Assembly (NCBI GenBank): GCA_963691875.1
Contig: OY829846.1
Location: forward strand, 3,264,001-3,328,000
Length of the DNA: 64,000 nucleotides
Direction: 5' to 3'
Source of the DNA: Aureliella sp.
GTDB taxonomy: Bacteria; Planctomycetota; Planctomycetia; Pirellulales; Pirellulaceae
Both the position numbers and the translations under genes were made by a program. The notes beneath the pieces were generated by a model. It made no database searches. It had not been told where the DNA came from and was given only the letters and a program-made list of their open reading frames with translations. This document shows positions 1-9,311 of the stretch, piece by piece. Each line of letters begins with the position of its first letter. Within the stretch, counting starts at the first letter, position 1.

Positions 1-598
1 CTGATAAACCTCCTTCGGGACCAATTAAGACAATGGCCTCTGAGTTGGGTTGCATCGAGAGCTGACTAATGTGCAATGGGCTTCCCCCGGAAAGTGCATA
101 TGGATGTGCAAAACTGCAAGTCGCGTTTTTTGAATCAGCTACAAGCTCGTCAATTCTCCTGGCCGACTGAATTTCCATCAAATGGTTGCGGCCGCATTGC
201 TTGCACGACTCGATGACTCCGCGCCGCAGTCGCTCGAGGCTTTTTTCCCCCGCCTGCGCTACCTGCCTTTCACAGATCAGCGGTATCACGCTAGACACGC
301 CCAATTGCGTCAGGCCATCGATCATCACTTTTTGACGATCACCCTTGGGAAGAGCAACAATCATATGCAGATCGAGTTTATCCTTCGAGGCATCGCTCTG
401 GAGCTCGCCTAGTTCCAGCACAGTCGCGCGTTTGCTGATCTGCGTTATCTCTGCTGGCGCGAAATTTCCCTGGCCATCAAACACCTCGACTGCCGCCCCA
501 CTTGCAAGCCGAAGGACATTGCTAGCATGAAAGGAATCTGCTTTGGATAATTCGCAAGTTGCTGTGAGCTCGGGCAAGTAAAAACGGGGAAGTGACAT
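1..598 (-). CDS. rsmE: 16S rRNA m3U1498 methyltransferase (3' end outside window)
   Basis: Manual translation from ATG 598: MSLPRFYLPEL..HASNVLRL..VEVFDG..LPKGDRQK..LTQLGV..IESCKQCGRN..VLIGPEGGLS. These are RsmE motifs. Absent from the ORF track because it has no stop in the window. Confidence 0.93.
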   Translation of the reverse strand, partial: MSLPRFYLPELTATCELSKADSFHASNVLRLASGAAVEVFDGQGNFAPAEITQISKRATVLELGELQSDASKDKLDLHMIVALPKGDRQKVMIDGLTQLGVSSVIPLICERQVAQAGEKSLERLRRGVIESCKQCGRNHLMEIQSARRIDELVADSKNATCSFAHPYALSGGSPLHISQLSMQPNSEAIVLIGPEGGLS

Positions 599-796
599 GA
601 AATTCATAACCTAGCGAACTTGATCGGGTCAGACAGTTCGCTTTCAAGTTTACCGATTCTAAGCCCGATGGACACCGAAGAGCAGAGTTCTTGTGCACAG
701 GTAGCGCGTCTTGCAACTGCAATACAAGTATTGATGACACCTGAATTCTATGCTGCCCCGAAAACAGATGTGGACTTTTGTACTAGGAAACTACCT

Positions 797-1603
797 GTGA
801 CATATTGGCGATACTGGCAACTCAATGCCGCCCCATTTACAGGTGATATTAATCAACCATTGTTCCGCGGAGCGACAGTCGAAGAGGCCCTAGCGCGAAT
901 TGATTTCCTCGTCAGCAATCGCCGCAGTCTAGGAATCTTAATTGGCCCGAGTGGCGTCGGAAAATCCAGTATCCTGCGCCATTGCGTTGCCAACCCGCCA
1001 TCTTCAGAAGAAGTCCCCAGTATCCAATGCCTGAGGATTTCTGCATTGGGATTGCAAGGCGGTGAACTCGTAGCACAACTTGCACGCCAACTGCTTGGTC
1101 GCCCGGCGACACCTCATACAGGCCCAGAGAACTGGCATGCCGTATGTGATTACTTCAACGCCACGCGTCGAGAAGGCGTCCAAACGGTTGTCTTCTTGGA
1201 CGACGCAGAAAGTGCCAGCCAGGCAGCCCAATCCGACGTGAGCCGTTTGCTTTCTATGACCTTTCCACTCACGTTTGTCATTTCCGCCGAGCAACAGCTG
1301 GTCCGAGCGATCAACCCAATGCTACTGGACCGCACAGAGTTACAGATCGACTTGACGGATTGGGAAATTTCGCAGACAGCTGAATTCTTGACATGGAGTA
1401 GTCAGCAAGCTGGCCGCCATCAGCCAATCTTCACGGATCGTGCGGTGGAAGCAATTCAGGAAGTGAGCCACGGGATTGCTCGTCGAATTGTGCAGATTGC
1501 CGATCTGGCCTTGGTGGCAGGCGCTGTTTCGCAAGCGGATTGCGTGGACGCGGATTGCGTTCAGCAAGTCATCTGCGAGCTGCCTCGTACCGTTGCGGCA
1601 TAA
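797..1603 (+). CDS. ExeA/GspA-like AAA ATPase
   Basis: YWRYWQLNAAPF N-terminus, Walker A GPSGVGKS, Walker B VVFLDDAE, GIARRI. Likely GTG start at 797 after AGGAAA. Confidence 0.85.
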   Translation: MTYWRYWQLNAAPFTGDINQPLFRGATVEEALARIDFLVSNRRSLGILIGPSGVGKSSILRHCVANPPSSEEVPSIQCLRISALGLQGGELVAQLARQLLGRPATPHTGPENWHAVCDYFNATRREGVQTVVFLDDAESASQAAQSDVSRLLSMTFPLTFVISAEQQLVRAINPMLLDRTELQIDLTDWEISQTAEFLTWSSQQAGRHQPIFTDRAVEAIQEVSHGIARRIVQIADLALVAGAVSQADCVDADCVQQVICELPRTVAA

Positions 1604-1817
1604 GCCTCAGGCAGCATTCGCTCAATTTTCATCTAGTGGCACATTTGCAGCGATGACTAACGCAAAATGTTCTCGCGGTAGCGGCAGGGACGAATCTCCC
1701 CTTACGGACCTTTAGCGTGATGGCACCTTAAAAGACTTGAGCCGGTCCACCGGGGGCTGGCAATCGTCAGAATTGCAGTGGCGTATAAAGTTCCGCTGCA
1801 CTCCTAAAGGTTACAGA

Positions 1818-2497
1818 ATGCCCCTGATTAAGGCTTCACGCCCGCTTGAGTGGGAGTCGAGTTATGGCGCGTTCTACAATGCTGCGTCGCCAGATTCCGT
1901 AACAGGACGAACCTTCTTTTGCTTCCATCTCAGGCCACTTTGAAGCTCTTCTGAAACGCCTGGAAATGCAGCCGGAAATTCAGCGACGGCGAGCGGAGAA
2001 AAGTTCGAAACGCATCAAGCTTGGGGCCCGAGCTAGTATCGAAGGATAGATTGCGTGACGCTACTATCAGGGAATCAATGAGGCGTTGAAACGCCCACTG
2101 GGCCATCAAAGTGACTCGACCGGCGAATTGCAGCGGCAGGTGAAGACCTCGTCCGCTACATGTTGCTTGCAGACGAAGTTCAACCAACCAACTCGGTTTC
2201 TGGCTCAACCGAGTTCCAAAGTTAATTCGAGTCAGCAGAACATCCGGAAGCAAGAACTGATCGCCGCGGGAGAAGCCTTCGCGAGCTAGACCTAAAAACG
2301 CGTATGAACAAATATCCTTGTAGCTTTTGATCTACTCGGATGCTTTTAAGGCTTTGCCGGATCGAATGAGTGAATGGGTTCGAAGCCGTTTATCCGAGAT
2401 CTTGCTTTCCGAACAAGTCGTGGAGGGCTACGAAAATCTTGATGGCAAGACCCAGCAAGCAATTGTTGAGATACTAGCTGAAACCGAACCCGCTTAA
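1818..2497 (+). pseudogene. Degraded conserved hypothetical gene (PVC/Acidobacteria type)
   Basis: From 2062: YYQGINEALKRPLGHQSDS/fs/RRIAAAGEDLVRYMLLADE..EFQS*FE..DRRGRSLRELDLKTRMNKYPCSF/fs/IYSDAFKALP..RLSEILL..AIVEILAETEPA*. Two frameshifts and an internal TAA at 2223. The 5' boundary is uncertain. Confidence 0.7.
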
Positions 2498-2568
2498 TTG
2501 AAAAACGAAGGATAGCTGCGGCGACATGTCATGCGGGAAACAAGCCATCGCATGTGACTTGCTGCAAA

Positions 2569-3102
2569 CTATGCGGCGCGGCTGAGCGGCAGTTCAAATC
2601 GCTGAGTATCAATCTGCCTGAGTTCTTCGCCAATGCGAGTGCACGCGAACACCATGGAGTCTGCATGGGCTAGGCGATTAAACCATGAGGCGATTTGGCT
2701 AATTTCCGGTTGCTCTGGATCAACATGGCCGTTGATGATAATCAAATCCGACGCGCCCATCTTGTGTGCTACTCGCGGCAAGGCGGACATAGGATCGCCT
2801 GGAATCAACGATGCCTTAAAGTGAAGCGAACCAGCAACCTGGTGAGCTTGCTTCAAAGAAAGATGTGGCAAGTCGTCGTTGGCGGCTTCAAACTCGTCGG
2901 TCCCAATATAGCGAATAGCGTCGATTCCTTCGGGCGTTTGCACGAGTTTTGCAATGCGACGCATCCGTTGGCAATTGCCAACCCCAATCTCCAGAATGGA
3001 GGAGACTTCGTGACGGACCAAGTAACGAAAAAGATTTCGCTCGGTGACTGGTTTACCAAGATGGGACCAATACAACTTCTGCAACCAGCTCAGCCGGTTC
3101 AT
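2569..3102 (-). CDS. Hypothetical protein, class I SAM methyltransferase-like fold
   Basis: 177 aa with SILEIGVG motif-I-like segment and YIGTDEFEA. Confidence 0.7.
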   Translation of the reverse strand: MNRLSWLQKLYWSHLGKPVTERNLFRYLVRHEVSSILEIGVGNCQRMRRIAKLVQTPEGIDAIRYIGTDEFEAANDDLPHLSLKQAHQVAGSLHFKASLIPGDPMSALPRVAHKMGASDLIIINGHVDPEQPEISQIASWFNRLAHADSMVFACTRIGEELRQIDTQRFELPLSRAA

Positions 3103-3562
3103 AAACTTACCTCGGCATCCATTCCAAGTGTGAAAAACTGCGGCCCGCAGCGATCCCTCCGAACCATTCCGATCAAGGTGCTTCCCTGCCCACGGATCGA
3201 ACTACAAGCCAACAACTCTCCGTTCAGACCATCTTTGAAGTGTTGTTGTCGTTGGGTGAGAGTCATCCCTTGGCCTCCGTGAAAACAAGGGCCGGGCGAA
3301 TCCTTCGCATCGGAGCTGATCCATGCTCCCCGAATCTCGTATCCTTGGCTGTCTCCTGACTGCCAGTATTTCTTTCGGCGATCGGGCGCGATGAGTGCAT
3401 CTCTCTTTTCGGCTTTGGCAGAGTTTTCCCGCGCCGCAAAGTCCGCTTAATCCACCCAAGCCGAATCACGGCTCTTGCTCCCGTTTGCCACGATTCTCTG
3501 CGGCTTAGATCAAGGCTTGGCGTGACGTACGCTTTGACAGCATTTCGCCAAGGAGACACGAA

Positions 3563-6424
3563 GTGAAAACTCAGTCAAAGTCGAAACCACTGCTTAGCGA
3601 AGGCTTGTTCGAAGTCTGCGAAGAGCGCCTTGCGCTTTCCGCCCAGCCTTTAGTTGACTTGCTAATCTCTCCAAACAACTTTTTAGATTCGCAAGATTCT
3701 AGTGAAATCGAGCCTCACATTGCCGGTGCTCATGCTGCGAGCGGTTTGAATTCGGTCGTCGAGCGATTCGGTCTTAGCGGTCATGGGCAGACCGTGGCTG
3801 TCATCGATAGTGGCATCGCCTATGATCACTTAGCATTAGGGCAAGGGTACGGCCCAGGATATCGTGTCGTTGGCGGCTGGGATTTTGCCGAGAACGACGA
3901 CCTGCCTTACGACGATGGACCCTCTGGCTTCCATGGTACGCATGTCGCGGGCGTCATTGGTAGCGACAACCCGAGTAATCTAGGTGTTGCACCCGAAGTG
4001 GACTTGGTCGCGCTGCGCGTGTTCGATGACATGGGCCAAGGACAACTGGATTGGGTCGAGAATGCGCTGCGCTGGGTACATGATCATCGCAATGAGTTTG
4101 AGAATCCAATCACGACCGTCAACATCTCTATCGGTGCGTTGGATGGCGGTCTAGCACTAACGACTCTACAGGACGAATTGCAACAGCTCTACCAAGACGG
4201 AATCATTGTCACGGCCTCAGCAGGCAATTCCTTTGCCGAACTTCAGAACACGGAGCTCAGCTATCCCGCGTCGAGTCAATATGTGATTCCAGTCGCCAGT
4301 GTGGACGCATCAGGGCAGCTCAGCGACTTTAGTCAACGCAATACGAATGTGCTAGCGGCTCCAGGCGAAGCGATCCGCAGTTCAGTGCCAGATCATGTTC
4401 TGGGGCGAGACGGTCGCATCGATGACTTCACGATAAGTAGCGGTACCAGTATGGCCGCTCCCTATGTTGCTGGTGCCACCGTTCTAGTCCGTCAAGCACT
4501 GGAAATGGTGGGAGCGGATGCAGATATCGATGCGATCTGGCAGCAACTGAGGAATACCTCCGACACCATCTTCGACTCGATTACCGGTCAGAGCTATGAC
4601 CGCTTGAGTCTTGAGGCTGCAATCGAATCGGTGCTACCAACCGATTCCGTTGGCGATAACTTGGCCCTGGCGACATGGGTTGACTTTGCGACCATCCAGT
4701 CCGACGGGTCATTGGATACGTGGATCAATGACTTGCAGGATCGAGACGTCTTTCGGTTCACTGCTTCGCAAAGCGGCTCGTTGGATCTGACCGCGACAAG
4801 CCAGTGGAATGATTCGCTGGCTTGGTCGATTTTGCAGAATGGCAGACTCGTTGGCTCGGGAGATCTGACGGCGAGCGAGACTCTTCAGCTAGTTGCGGGA
4901 CAAGAGTATGAACTTGCCGTTTCTTCGAAAAGCCAGGACATTGGGCCTGGCAGTTTGAATTTTGCATTCACCGCAGACTCCAACTCCAGGTCTGGTGGTC
5001 CTGCCAGCGACGCCGCCCAGGACCTCGGGTCGGTGGCATTCCTAGAAACGAGCAACTTGACGAGTGCAACACTGTCGGCAACGGCAGCAAACGACGGACT
5101 GTTCTCCGTTCTATATTCCAACACTGGCGTTGCCAGCGGGAACGAAGGACTGACCGCATCACTTGGCGACACTCAGTTCTCTACGCAACACTGGCGAGAC
5201 GGCGGACTTCGCCTCGACTTGCCGGTCTTCGCTGGCCAATCTATCGCGATTCAGTTGCCGGAAGGGGCGCTTCACTCTGGACACCTCACCATAGCGAATC
5301 TCGTCCAGCAGGATGGCAGCAGCCTACTCGTTGGCGGAACGGGTGAGCAAGACAACTACAACATTGACCTACGAAATGGCTTGCAGCTCAGTGTAGGACG
5401 TGTCGAGTATGCGTTTGCATCCAATGCGATATCAGAAGTACTGCTTGACGCTGGTGGAAGCGGTGATTCGATTTCTGTCCAAGGCACGAACAAAATCGAA
5501 AGCGTCGAACTTCGGCCTGGGAACACTGCCATAGAGAACCAGCAGATCCAGCTTTCACTTCAAGGCGTAGAAGAAGTAAGCTTCTCTGGTGGCGGCAACA
5601 CCGATCGCATCTATATGTACGATGCGAACACCGATGACACACTAAGAGCCTATCCTGGACGGGCAGAGTTGATCGGCGTTGGCTACCATTTCGAAGTTGA
5701 CGATGTAGCTCGCGTTTTCGTTCACGCTACTGGCGGCGGCGAAGACTTGGCCTACGTCTATGACTCAGCTGGCGATGACCGCTTAAGTGCCAGGCCTCAG
5801 TTTACAAGTATCAATGGCAATGGGTTCTTCAACTATGTTCGTGGCTTTGAACGCGTCTACGCTTACAGCAGCGCGGGTGGTCAGGACAGTGCGGCGTTAT
5901 ACGATTCACCTGATTCCGACCGGTTTTCGGCGGCAGGTGACAGCGTACTGATTAGTGGGCCAGGCTTCTCTAGTCACGTACGCGGCTTTGAGCAAGTGGA
6001 AGCGTTCGCTCAGGCTGGCGGCGACGACCGAGCAACGCTCTACGGAACGAACCAGGCACATAGCTGGTATCAAAGCGCTGACTATCTGGCGTTTCAGGAA
6101 GGAAACAGCTCGCGGCAGGCCCGTGGGTTTGAAACGATAGAGACTTATCAAAACATGCAGCCGATCCAGGTTTCGGCCCAAAGTCTTGAGAAACCAAATG
6201 AAATAATAAGCTCTCCGGTCGAGCAGGATTCATCTCTCGACGCCCCAGCTACTGGTTCGCCCCAGACGTTTCTACCTGAACTTGGAATCTACGCTCAGTC
6301 TCTGTCGATGAGTGAATGGCTGGAAGACCGTCTCTACCTTCCAGAAGAAGAACTGATGGAAGATGGGGATGTGGAACAACTAGCCTTGCATGAAGCCTTC
6401 CGACAATACGGCGAGCCTACGTAA
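3563..6424 (+). CDS. Secreted S8 (subtilisin-like) serine peptidase
   Basis: Triad motifs VIDSG, HGTHVAG, GTSMAAP. N-terminal FEVCEERLALSA planctomycete export-like motif. C-terminal GGxDxAxxYDS repeats. Confidence 0.93.
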   Translation: MKTQSKSKPLLSEGLFEVCEERLALSAQPLVDLLISPNNFLDSQDSSEIEPHIAGAHAASGLNSVVERFGLSGHGQTVAVIDSGIAYDHLALGQGYGPGYRVVGGWDFAENDDLPYDDGPSGFHGTHVAGVIGSDNPSNLGVAPEVDLVALRVFDDMGQGQLDWVENALRWVHDHRNEFENPITTVNISIGALDGGLALTTLQDELQQLYQDGIIVTASAGNSFAELQNTELSYPASSQYVIPVASVDASGQLSDFSQRNTNVLAAPGEAIRSSVPDHVLGRDGRIDDFTISSGTSMAAPYVAGATVLVRQALEMVGADADIDAIWQQLRNTSDTIFDSITGQSYDRLSLEAAIESVLPTDSVGDNLALATWVDFATIQSDGSLDTWINDLQDRDVFRFTASQSGSLDLTATSQWNDSLAWSILQNGRLVGSGDLTASETLQLVAGQEYELAVSSKSQDIGPGSLNFAFTADSNSRSGGPASDAAQDLGSVAFLETSNLTSATLSATAANDGLFSVLYSNTGVASGNEGLTASLGDTQFSTQHWRDGGLRLDLPVFAGQSIAIQLPEGALHSGHLTIANLVQQDGSSLLVGGTGEQDNYNIDLRNGLQLSVGRVEYAFASNAISEVLLDAGGSGDSISVQGTNKIESVELRPGNTAIENQQIQLSLQGVEEVSFSGGGNTDRIYMYDANTDDTLRAYPGRAELIGVGYHFEVDDVARVFVHATGGGEDLAYVYDSAGDDRLSARPQFTSINGNGFFNYVRGFERVYAYSSAGGQDSAALYDSPDSDRFSAAGDSVLISGPGFSSHVRGFEQVEAFAQAGGDDRATLYGTNQAHSWYQSADYLAFQEGNSSRQARGFETIETYQNMQPIQVSAQSLEKPNEIISSPVEQDSSLDAPATGSPQTFLPELGIYAQSLSMSEWLEDRLYLPEEELMEDGDVEQLALHEAFRQYGEPT

Positions 6425-6965
6425 CCGGCAAGTGATTCCGATTCAAGCGCTGGACCATGAACCAAAACACGCTGATCGTCCCCATGATCGAGATGCCGAA
6501 GAAGGCGGTGGCTACGAGCATGCCGATCAAGATATAAGGCAAGCGATCTCCACCTTCGAATCGAGGCACGTCAGCAGTAAAGCCGATCAGGAAGAAAACG
6601 GCTCCAAAGATCGTAGACAACAACGCTCCGTACCAGAACAAGTTCGCCCAACTCAATTTGTTCAAGGTTCGCAGGAAGAACACGACGGACATTCCCAACA
6701 TCAGCACCAATACGTAGGAAGCAATGATCCCAACGGTCAGCAACATGATCGGCACAAGAATTATGCCCGCAGGCGTTCCTGTATCACTGGGGTTGAATGT
6801 GAGTGCAAGCAGGCCAAACACGAAGAAAAGAACAGCTGCCAACACCGGTGCAACAGGTGCAGCAACAAAAAACGCAATCCAAAGACTGCCTGTCGAATAA
6901 TCCTCCGCTGAAATGACGTGAGTTTCGCCCTCTAAATCTGGCGGCTCGTAAGGTGATTCATTCAT
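6417..6965 (-). CDS. Hypothetical membrane protein
   Basis: 182 aa, about 4 hydrophobic helices, N-terminal SPYEPP motif common in planctomycete membrane proteins. Confidence 0.8.
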   Translation of the reverse strand: MNESPYEPPDLEGETHVISAEDYSTGSLWIAFFVAAPVAPVLAAVLFFVFGLLALTFNPSDTGTPAGIILVPIMLLTVGIIASYVLVLMLGMSVVFFLRTLNKLSWANLFWYGALLSTIFGAVFFLIGFTADVPRFEGGDRLPYILIGMLVATAFFGISIMGTISVFWFMVQRLNRNHLPVT

Positions 6966-7000
6966 GGATTATTGCGATCTTGTGTCGAGTTCGGCCTCAA

Positions 7001-7555
7001 GAAACCGCTGATCAGCAATAATGAACACTGACAGAGCCGGACCATGGACCAAAACAAACCCCGGAATCGGTGCAATCTGATGGCTGACCCTAAGGGGCAA
7101 TGAAGCTCCTCCAGTTCTTAGCGGGTTAAGAGGATACCTGAGCCATACTCTTATAAGAGTCATGCTCTTATCCGAGCTGCTTTCGAGGTCCAAAATATTC
7201 AGGTGGGTGGACTCCTGGAAGAAGTGATACCAAGAAAGCCTCGAAATGGAGTTGAAGTTTCGCCATATCCAATATCGCCACAAAGCAAACCTAAACCCCC
7301 TCTGCAAGGGAAGGGAGTTGCGAGAGCGTTATATCCCTGATCTCTCCGTTTTTGGAGAGGTCGTGGTTGAGTTGAAAACCCTCTCAGCGCTTGCGTCGAA
7401 GCAGGAATCACAATTGATGAAACTTATGCGCATATCGCACAAGTCAATCGAGCAAATGATCAGATTTGGCCTTTGGGGGAGCTTCGAAGAAACGAACCCT
7501 GACCTCCGAGTTCCTCCATTCCAATTAGCGCAAGGTAGTGCCTATCAGCGGTTTC
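7001..7555. repeat. Inverted repeats flanking the GxxExxY pseudogene
   Basis: GAAACCGCTGAT (7001-7012) and ATCAGCGGTTTC (7544-7555) are perfect 12-bp inverted repeats, extended inward by imperfect CRCTRA-like units 10 bp apart. Confidence 0.75.
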
Positions 7556-7560
7556 AGTAG
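7152..7560 (+). pseudogene. GxxExxY (PD-(D/E)xK-like) protein, frameshifted
   Basis: YKSHALIRAAFEVQNIQVGGLLEEV, extra A at 7227, then YQESLEMELK..RYIPDLSVFGEVVVELK..QESQL. The frameshift splits the GxxExxY motif. Confidence 0.85.
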
Positions 7561-7585
7561 CCCCTGATTCAGAGAGTGGCCCCGG

Positions 7586-8707
7586 CTATCCCAATGTGAA
7601 CTCGGGTAAGCGAATAATCTCTCCGCCTTTTTCGGCCGATTCGTGAGCGCAGATTCCGACGCAGGTCCAATTTGCGCTGGTGACGGCATTGGGCCAAGGC
7701 TCGCGATCCTCAATCAAGGCGTTTGTAAATTCGTTGACCAAATGCGGGTGCGATCCGCCATGTCCACCACCTTGAATGAACGACAAGTGCTCGGAGTCAT
7801 GAATCTCTTGTGGCAGAGTGAACTTTCTAATCTCCGGCGGAAGAAGCTGTGCGAAGTCAGGTACTTCGACTTTTTCGGGAATCTCGTGCTCAGGCTTTTT
7901 CGCCGTATGTAACACGTGCGGCTCGTTTTCGATCAGCGTCCATTCGAAGCTTTTCTTGGTACCGTAGACATCGAAGCTCTCACGATACTGCCGCGCGACA
8001 TCGTACAAGAATCGCCAGATGTGCGCGGTGAGATCTGAATCCTTGTACTTGATATGGCAGGTTTCCACCGCGAACTTATTGCCTGATTTCTGTGCGATGT
8101 CGTCACGCACGGTCCCGGAACCAAAGCAACTTACGTACTCGGCCAATCCGTCGACGAGCCCCAAGCAAGGGCTGACCACATGAGTGGCATAGTGCATGGG
8201 TATCATCTTCTCCCAGTACTCGGGCCACCCATCCATATCTTGCGGATGTGAAGCGGCGACGTGTTGGATCTTGCCCAACTCGCCTTTCACGTACAAGTCT
8301 TTGATGAAGAGAAATTCGCGACTGTAAACAACAGTTTCCGCCATCATATATTTCAGCCCCGTCTCTTTGACTTTTTCAACGATCTGTCGACACTCATCGA
8401 TCGTTGTCGCCATTGGGACAGTGCACATCACGTGCTTGCCAGCATCGAGGGCTTTGAGCGACATCCACGCATGATCATTGATCGGGCTGTTGATGTGAAC
8501 GAAATCAACATCGGAGTCTGCAAGGACGTCATCAAAGTTGGTGTAGCGTTTTTCGATACCAAACTGATCGCCGGCTTTGTTCAGTTCTTCCTCGTTTCGA
8601 CGAGAGATCGCGACGACGTTCGTGTTGGGATGAGCTTGATAGATCGGAATAAACTCGGCACCAAACCCAAGTCCTACCATCGCAACGTTAACGGTGTTCG
8701 TCATCAA
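7586..8707 (-). CDS. Gfo/Idh/MocA family oxidoreductase
   Basis: Rossmann VGLGFG, HINSP..H..ALDAGKHVMCTVPM, GGGHGGSH. Confidence 0.92.
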   Translation of the reverse strand: MMTNTVNVAMVGLGFGAEFIPIYQAHPNTNVVAISRRNEEELNKAGDQFGIEKRYTNFDDVLADSDVDFVHINSPINDHAWMSLKALDAGKHVMCTVPMATTIDECRQIVEKVKETGLKYMMAETVVYSREFLFIKDLYVKGELGKIQHVAASHPQDMDGWPEYWEKMIPMHYATHVVSPCLGLVDGLAEYVSCFGSGTVRDDIAQKSGNKFAVETCHIKYKDSDLTAHIWRFLYDVARQYRESFDVYGTKKSFEWTLIENEPHVLHTAKKPEHEIPEKVEVPDFAQLLPPEIRKFTLPQEIHDSEHLSFIQGGGHGGSHPHLVNEFTNALIEDREPWPNAVTSANWTCVGICAHESAEKGGEIIRLPEFTLG

Positions 8708-8936
8708 ACTTCTCTCTCAAAGTGGTTGTTGGATTTCGCAAGGGAACATTCTTTCCCACGTCGCCGCAGAATTCAACAACCCATCATCAGGTTCGATGCC
8801 AGACCGCTTGATGAAATGGCTCGATGTCGAAAGCAATCATTCCTAAGTGACAAATTGCGTCACATGCAGAAAACCACTCGCCCAAGAAGCGAATTCAACT
8901 CCACACGTAATGCATTCTAGTGAATCGGCGAGCGGC

Positions 8937-9281
8937 TCATATATCCTGAATCTGCTGTATGATCGCTAGCAGCTGTTGTGCCCGCGCGATGCCGCCAACG
9001 CTCTGCACGTAGTCAATGGCAGCCTCAATTTCACTGATTGAGATAGAAGAGTTTTCAGCCACTCCGGGTTCGTTGCCTCCAACGGAAGCAGCTACTACCA
9101 CCGCAGCTCGCGAACGCCTTCGCGTGTACTTTCGCTTGAGCTGCGTCTTTGCGTTCGAAACGTCTGCTGCCGTGACACCAAATTCCTTGAGCGCTTCCAC
9201 CACGTCACGATTCCGAGCTTGCGGATTCGCTCGCAAATAGTCTTGTACACGTTGGGATTTACTGGGCTGTTCTCGACTCAC
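8937..9281 (-). CDS. Small basic hypothetical protein, possibly DNA-binding
   Basis: KSQRVQDYLRANPQARNRDVVEALKEFGV helical N-terminus, KRKYTRRR linker, VQSVGGIARA C-terminus. Confidence 0.75.
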   Translation of the reverse strand: MSREQPSKSQRVQDYLRANPQARNRDVVEALKEFGVTAADVSNAKTQLKRKYTRRRSRAAVVVAASVGGNEPGVAENSSISISEIEAAIDYVQSVGGIARAQQLLAIIQQIQDI

Positions 9282-9311
9282 GACAGCGTTCCTTTCAAGT
9301 TCCTCTCGCAG

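Noticed and set aside
797..1603. ExeA-like ATPase as a transposon or secretion-system marker
   Set aside because: No transposase or secretion genes are adjacent; it sits next to rsmE.
2370..2392. GGTTCGAA as a tRNA T-loop (also near 8790)
   Set aside because: No cloverleaf or acceptor stem can be formed; the first lies within a pseudogene frame.
3400..3470. GGCAGAG..CGCAAAG resembling a c-di-GMP-I riboswitch
   Set aside because: The GAAA-capped stem and second hairpin could not be built.
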